In this document: positions 57,698 to 64,000 of the stretch, piece by piece
Layout of the letters: each line of letters opens with the position of its first letter
Numbering within the stretch: position 1 is the first letter of the stretch
Source: Lingula anatina
Lineage: Eukaryota > Animalia > Brachiopoda
NCBI GenBank assembly: GCA_051362555.1
Contig: CM120640.1
Span: 43,254,788-43,318,787 of the forward strand
Direction of reading: 5' to 3'
Length of the DNA: 64,000 nucleotides
Notes under the pieces: generated by a model
The model's database searches: none
What the model saw: only the letters and a program-made list of their open reading frames with translations
What the model was told of the DNA's origin: nothing
Program-made: the position numbers and the translations under genes

Positions 57698-58229
57698 TAT
57701 TATTATATTTAGAAACCAAGTATGGTCTTACATTTATTTAGATATGTAGCTACGTGTATTACTTTCAGTAAAACGATGCCTGAAAATTCTTTTTGAGAAT
57801 TAAATTAAGGTTAAGTGAAATTTTGTTAATTGCCAATAAACTCCAATAAAATATGAAAATCACCTTTAGTTCACATATTTGCTTAAAATATTTGCAGATA
57901 TATCAATATAGGTTATTCAATGAAAATTTCCTGCGATATCATGTCAGTCACCATCATGTATTTCTGTATCTTATCAACAATGAGTCTGATCTGCTTTATT
58001 TGTGAATTGATATCAGTCATGAACAGATATGCAAAACTTCGCTTTAGGTGTCACCATTTGCGTCACTGCCATTGGAAACAACGTAAACGTTCAAGAAATT
58101 TATGGTTTGGCTTCGTCTGTAGTGGTCCAAGGAGAGTCGAGGAAATGTGTCTTCCAGGTGGCCTCGTACAGTGCGTATAGTTCTGCAGCCAGAGTCGCGA
58201 GTGGCATAGCCAGTGCCAGGGGAAAATAA
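55618..58229 (+). CDS. Secreted stand-alone von Willebrand factor A domain protein, 5 exons, ~246 aa
   Basis: Exons 55618-55687, 55836-55990, 56534-56708, 57170-57328, 58048-58229 give 741 nt in frame. Signal peptide MNFNAVLALLLTVGPLCVLG; MIDAS DSSGS, GGLTNT, MSTDGKSN; IGLVRFSS and ICVTAIG strands. TATAAA at 55535 and AATAAA at 58396. Confidence 0.9.
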
Positions 58230-59369
58230 GCCCGTTTTGAATGCCAAAAAAGGCCCAGACCGGTCACAGTGTTTAGTGTTTCCATAATGACTGACCATCG
58301 CGGCCATTGTCAGTTTTTAAACAATTCTTATTGCTTTTCATCAAATTATTTCACTATCGATAATCTACTTACCGATGTCCAAATTACATTATGGAAATAA
58401 AAAGTTTTAGTGCAAAGTTTATATATGTGTGTGGTTTCTTAAAAAAAAAAAAAAAAAAGAAAGAAAATGTTATGGTTGTTTCTCAGGCGTTAAGGCCCCT
58501 ACATTTTGTAACAGTAGTTACTGGCAATGATATCATCTTTCCTTTCAAGAACAAAAAGTATTCATGTTAAAGCAAAATATGCATGAGGGTACGGGAGTCT
58601 AAAATATACACCCGAGAGGCTTCTTATTTTCAAATGGTCTACAACCAAGGCAATATGTTAACAAAATAAGATATAAAAGATATAAAATGATACACCAGTC
58701 GCAGGTGTAAGTTATGTGAACCGACCCATGTGCCATTACAAATCGTTGGTAGGGCATGTATATTTTTATTTTTTTTCTCTAAGAGCATAAAAGCAACGCA
58801 CAAAATTATAAGCCTTGCTGAGAACCATGACTCGTTGGATAGCTTTTTTCACAGGTTTTAAATCCCCACTACTGAGCGTTTAAAATCGAGAATACTTCAA
58901 CAGGTAGCTATACTAGTCTGATTCAAGTTAATGAGCAAATAACTAAAATAAGCAACATGGTTAACAATTCATTCGCTCACCCCCTTCATGTGATTTAGTA
59001 CACAACGTACGTATATTTATCTTGAAAAATCCTATACGTAGGCCTACTAGTACTTAACCAGTGGCTCCGAGATATGTTGCTTAGACCTTGCCTCATAAAC
59101 AAATTACAGAAGAAACTATCGCCTCTTATTTCTTCAATATTGTAGGTAATAAAAGATGGTCATTCGTATATCCCTTTCAAAGAAACATTAGCTTTAAAAA
59201 AGGACCGATTACCGGTCGAGCAAAATACACTATCCATCTCCAGTAAAACATTCACTACGCCATTACAGTTAGGAACATGAAACCTTCCGAGCAGCTGATA
59301 AGCTTACCATTGAGGATATGCATAGGTTTCCGGGAATGTTGGTATGATATTTCAGGTGTGGCTATCCCG

Positions 59370-60050
59370 GGGGTGGTTGATTCTATTTTTCACATCGTTA
59401 TTTCTGCCATCTATACCCTTAAATTCTAAGGAACATGAAACAGAGATTGATGAACCAGTCATTTTTAATGAATGTGCATGGGTCCAGTAGAATGTAGAGA
59501 ACAGCAGAAACACATACAGAACTTAATGGACTTCCAGCCATATGCATAAATATAGGTCAGGGAATCCAATTAAAAACTAATTCAAGGCCCCACACACTCA
59601 GGAACCCTAGCGTTCAACTGCTGTTTTGTCTTAACACAAAACAAAAATGTTTATTACCCAAGAACAGTAATTAACATGTGTGTTTTATTTTAAAGAACAA
59701 CGGGACTTGGACCCTAGGATTCCTGAGAGTATGGGGTCTTGAATGGGTTTTAATTAACTTGACCTATATTCAAGAATACGACTGAAGGTCTGTTATTAAT
59801 ACTGCCTGCTGCTTTCTCTGCATTTCCCCTTCCTTCCTAACTCGAAGACCGCCTTCAGATTCACACATCGTACTAGCTGGGTCGGTCCAACTCTGCGGGG
59901 AATCTGACTTTTGTGCAATCTATGGAATCAGCTTCATTGTCTGACACGTGCACATCTTTAATGGCAAGTTTAAATATCCCCAACGTCTCATGTTCCTCAC
60001 TTTAATGCATAGGGGATAACTGTAACAACGATATAAAAATATATATATAC
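59370..60050. repeat. Long degenerate foldback
   Basis: aatataggtca...attcaaggcccccacacactcaggaaccctag pairs with ctaggattcctgagagtatggggtcttgaat...tgacctatatt; outer arms share aggaacatga/tcatgttcct. Confidence 0.65.
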
Positions 60051-62268
60051 CTCCCCCCCCCCCCCCCCCAAAGGACTGCAAAGTCACACTACTATATATC
60101 TACGGGTAGATAGCAGAAATTACGATGTAAAAATTACAATCAACCGCCCTATGGGACAACCACACCCCGTACTTCAAACCGTTTCAGGGACTTACAAAAA
60201 ATCCTGGTTGCAAAATGCATTGCAGTTGCAAAACTCGTTTTCACGATTTTCTTTGTGTGCAAATCTGCAAAATACGTGGCAGTTGCAAAATGCGGCTCTA
60301 CAACTGACTCATTATGATTGTGAAGAAGAAAAGGACAGCACACAGCACTGGACAGCTGAGTGCTTGAATGTAGGTCAAGGAATCCAATAAAAAACTGTTG
60401 TGTGCTTGGGGGAGATGACAGAAATTGTGATATATATAAAATATATTTCATCCACCACGGGTGCAGGCACCAGATTCAGCCTATTGTGTCAAGGCAACCC
60501 CGTTCTCACCCCGATTCTATCTCTACATCATTTAAAATTGTTCCGGTTACTATAAAGAAATTGGTTGCTAAATGTGTTACAGTCGCAGATTGCGTTTTCA
60601 CGTATTTCTTTGGTTGCAAAATGCGGCTTTACAACTATCTTATGGAATGACTCCCCAGACTGTAGTGTGCTGTAGTTAATTTACGCCCTTATCTTTCACA
60701 TTAAAACCAAGTAACAGGGTATCATTTACAAGTGCTCAGGTGAGGTGGAAGCACAAAAGAAATAAGCAATCATAAGCAATATACTTGAGACACAAGGTTT
60801 CTTTGCAACTTAACTTTTTCAGTTCAATTTATTCTGAATAAATATCAATCTACAAGCCTGTTGATCTCGCAGATCAACCACGTTAATTAGGCTGCTAAAC
60901 AACAAGCCCCCCCCCCCCCCCCTCCGAACGCCTTATTAACAACAGGTTTCCAAATGCAGACTGTGCCGCAGATAATACTTTCGGGTCAAAAGAGAACCAG
61001 CCAAGGGCACACTTCAGGAACACGTTTGATCACGCCATGATGGACATTCACAGGTGTAGGACCAGAACAGAGCCTCTTGGAAACCAAGGGACAGACGTTA
61101 AGCATTATACCTACGCGTGTCTTTCCTCATGGAAAAATTAGTCTTTTCAGAGTGGGAGGCGACTTGATCAAGACGATTGTAGTGCACAATTATATACATG
61201 TACCTTCTCTGCTTCTTTTTCAACACTATTATCTATTTATTTATGTTTAATAATTGATTCCTATTTGTTTATTTAACCATCTTATAATCCAGTTACCTAC
61301 GCGTAAATTATGTTTTCATAGCCTGGTTTACCTGATCCAGTAGTTTTATGTATCAAGCGGATGTGGGAAGGGAGGGCCTAGGGGGTCTGGACCCCCTTTT
61401 TCCAACGCTGACCATTATCTCCCATAATGTACTGATTTTTCAGAAATCCTGGACCCTCACCTACATGTACATATGCCTGTGTATTTTAAAATTGCTCAAA
61501 ACATAGGCCTACATCCAATATCACTAAAGAAACCCTATTCATTCATACAAGTAAATTAAAACGTACAGTTTACCTATTTTGGATAATATTTACAGTAAAA
61601 AAACATTATATTTCAAAAACGTTATCTTTCATAACGTAGGACCAACAACAGGTGCTTTTTCACCATTATCCCATGAAGTCGCAGGCAATATCTTATGTGG
61701 AGATGAAGTCGCATTTTATCCTATGAAGTCGATTTGTCAGTAAATTCAGAGCATTTATCCCATGAAGTGGTAATATACCATGAAGTATCTTAACACACGT
61801 CTGTTTTCAATCACGAAGAGGAAATAAAACATGAAATCCACTCACGTTTTCTGTTGCAAAATATCATTTATCCTTAGCAAACTGACAGGGATTGTAAGTT
61901 GCTGCTGTCATTTACCATGAAATTTAGTATTAAAATACCTTAGGCTTGTGCATTTAAATGTATGACATCAAAAGTTATCAATTAGAACTGCGAAGAACAA
62001 TGAAACAACCTTGTCAATTGTAGATTGCGATAAGGTTGGCCTTTTCGAGTGGTTCAGGAGTAATGACACGTTCAATGTATTTGGAACAATTTAGATAAAA
62101 ATGTGTATTATAGCTGGTTATATCTGTGGCCAAGGATATGGATATGTAGGTAAAGAACAATTTTACTAGAGAGAGAAAAAAACAGACTACTACTGAAAGA
62201 TTTCAAGGAGAGAGGAAAGAAATCGATCTCCCCCCCCAATCCCCTTGACCATCCCTAAACATGGCCAA

Positions 62269-62482
62269 GGGCGCATTCCCATAGATTTTAGATCGATCTA
62301 TCCCCGTGGGGAGTCTCACTAGATTACTGTCAGATATTCCGGCTTAAATGTCCGTCCCGCCTACTACAAGCTGTAAGGGGGTAATTAACTTTCGTGCCCG
62401 CTCGGCTGACAGCTATTTAGCGCGAACCCCCAGGGAGTTAGTTCGATCTAGTTGGATCGATCTAATCTCTGGGAATGGGGTC
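62269..62482. mobile_element. PIF/Harbinger-like MITE (214 bp)
   Basis: Imperfect TIR gggcgcattcccatagattttagatcgatc / gatcgatctaatctctgggaatggggtc; flanks caa/taa; absent at the paralogous site near 54335 (tggctaaactacg). Confidence 0.8.
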
Positions 62483-63780
62483 TAAGCTACGTGACTAGTT
62501 GCACATATACATATATATAAAGAAATGGCCGAGCCCGGTGTGAAGGCACATTGAGCTAGCAATAACATCATTTCATTGTGCAGCAAATTGATATAACTTT
62601 CTGACAAGCGCTGCATGACAGTCCTTGTGCAAATGTGCAAATAATATTGGTGAGAAAACAGTCCTTCACACTTACATAACAAAGTGTCTCTCTTTCATGA
62701 GTCCAGTGTACGACCTTATATGACAATGTATGTGTAACTTCAATTATAGCAAAGAAACGGAAAAAAATTATCTCACATTTCTGTAAAGAAGTATCATTTA
62801 TATCACCAATGCGGAAATCAATAGGGATTGGATAACTTGCTGTTGTCATTTAGTAGAAATCCGCCTAGAAAAAGAGACTACATTTCAAAAATAATTTCCC
62901 ATGACAGCCAAAGAAAAAGAAAAACAAACAAACAAAAGAAAAAAAAAAAACATTGCACATCCATTCTTTTTAATGATATCAAAGAAATACAATAAGAAAT
63001 AAGGACTCAAAATGTTATTCGACCAACAATTTTAGAAGTAATTAGATTTTTCAGTTATCATGAAATGCGCAACGTCCATAATGATCAAAAATCGGTGAAA
63101 AGCATTGAAATAGATGGGAATGCATTACTCATGTGTATTAATTTTTTTCTGTTTTGTTTACTACATTGTAGAACGTGAAGATGTGTAGAATTATGTGAAG
63201 GTATTGGCCATTCGCGCTAGCGGATGAAGAATATAGGATAGAGAGAAATACCAGATATAATTGGCCTGGAACCTCCCCTTAATCTGTGCATAGGGCAGGA
63301 CAAATTTACACAATGATCACTTAATGAAAATTTAAATTTTAAAGCTACATTTGACCATGGAAGTAGACATACTGACTAATGCCGAGTGTCGTTGTGCACA
63401 GAGTTCAGTACCCAACCTAAGAAATTAATATTCTTTATATTTCTAAGTATGAATTTTCAATTAAAACATTATAGGTCTTAAAAAAGTTCAAATTCCGCCA
63501 AGCCTCTGTTACAAAGATAACCTCACAACATACCATTTACCTCAACTTTGAGGAAATCAATTGTAATTGGTTAAGCCGATGCTATTATTTAAAGCGAAAA
63601 CTAATTTTAGGGAAAAATCATGCAGAGGTGCAGTCTGAATATAAATGACACCATCTCATGCAAGGTCAAAAAACAAGGTTGCGTATACCTGCACTGGTAT
63701 AAATATAGCGGCAAGTCTGAAATAAGGAACACTGCAACTAATAATTCGCTGCACCTTCTAGAGAGAATAAGTCTCCGACT

Positions 63781-63850
63781 ATGCATTTCAACGCAGTGCT
63801 GGCATTACTTCTTACTGTTGGTCCATTATGCGTCCTAGGACAGGCTCTAG
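63781..63850 (+). CDS. First (signal-peptide) exon of a second vWA gene copy; the gene continues beyond the window
   Basis: MHFNAVLALLLTVGPLCVLGQAL followed by a gtaagt donor; near-identical to 55618-55687, with the same TATA box near 63698 and the same intron 1. Confidence 0.85.
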
Positions 63851-64000
63851 GTAAGTGTCATTCTATTCTAATCATTCGGTAAAAGGACGGTATGAAGCTG
63901 TTTTAAAAGCCGTGCTCAATTTGGCAAGGAATTTTCATTCTGTCCAAAAATTCACTTTTGAATTGAAGAGATTGCATATGCTCTTGTTCTCCCTTATTTC

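Larger units (their letters stand above)
61796..64000 (+). repeat. Segmental duplication copy 2 (runs off the window)
   Basis: Matches 53849-55830 apart from small indels and the 214-bp MITE. Confidence 0.95.

Overview
This is AT-rich, intron-dense animal DNA; the repeat families and gene structures suggest a marine invertebrate such as a mollusc (inference). By hand I could splice six complete protein-coding genes with consistent reading frames: EDC3 (-), a TRF/TERF-family telomere-binding protein (-), THNSL2 (+), a fatty-acid-binding protein (+), a 26-exon ABCC4/MRP4-type transporter (+), and a small secreted stand-alone vWA protein (+). The vWA gene's tandem duplicate begins at the window end. 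There is one tRNA-Val(CAC). Introns and intergenic DNA carry Helentron-type (HINE) elements with ~160-bp internal tandem arrays and several MITE families. The most notable observations are: (1) the TRF homologue has two C-terminal Myb repeats instead of one; (2) a tandemly duplicated secreted vWA-only gene shows a filled/empty MITE site between copies; (3) an inverted THNSL2 exon+intron fragment lies inside ABCC4 intron 1; (4) a long palindrome encloses a degenerate hammerhead-like motif; (5) an orphan SLC22 exon sits beside a TIR element inserted in a (TA)n tract; (6) a 199-codon antisense ORF is nested in THNSL2. All exon boundaries and family calls come from reading the sequence; no database search was run.
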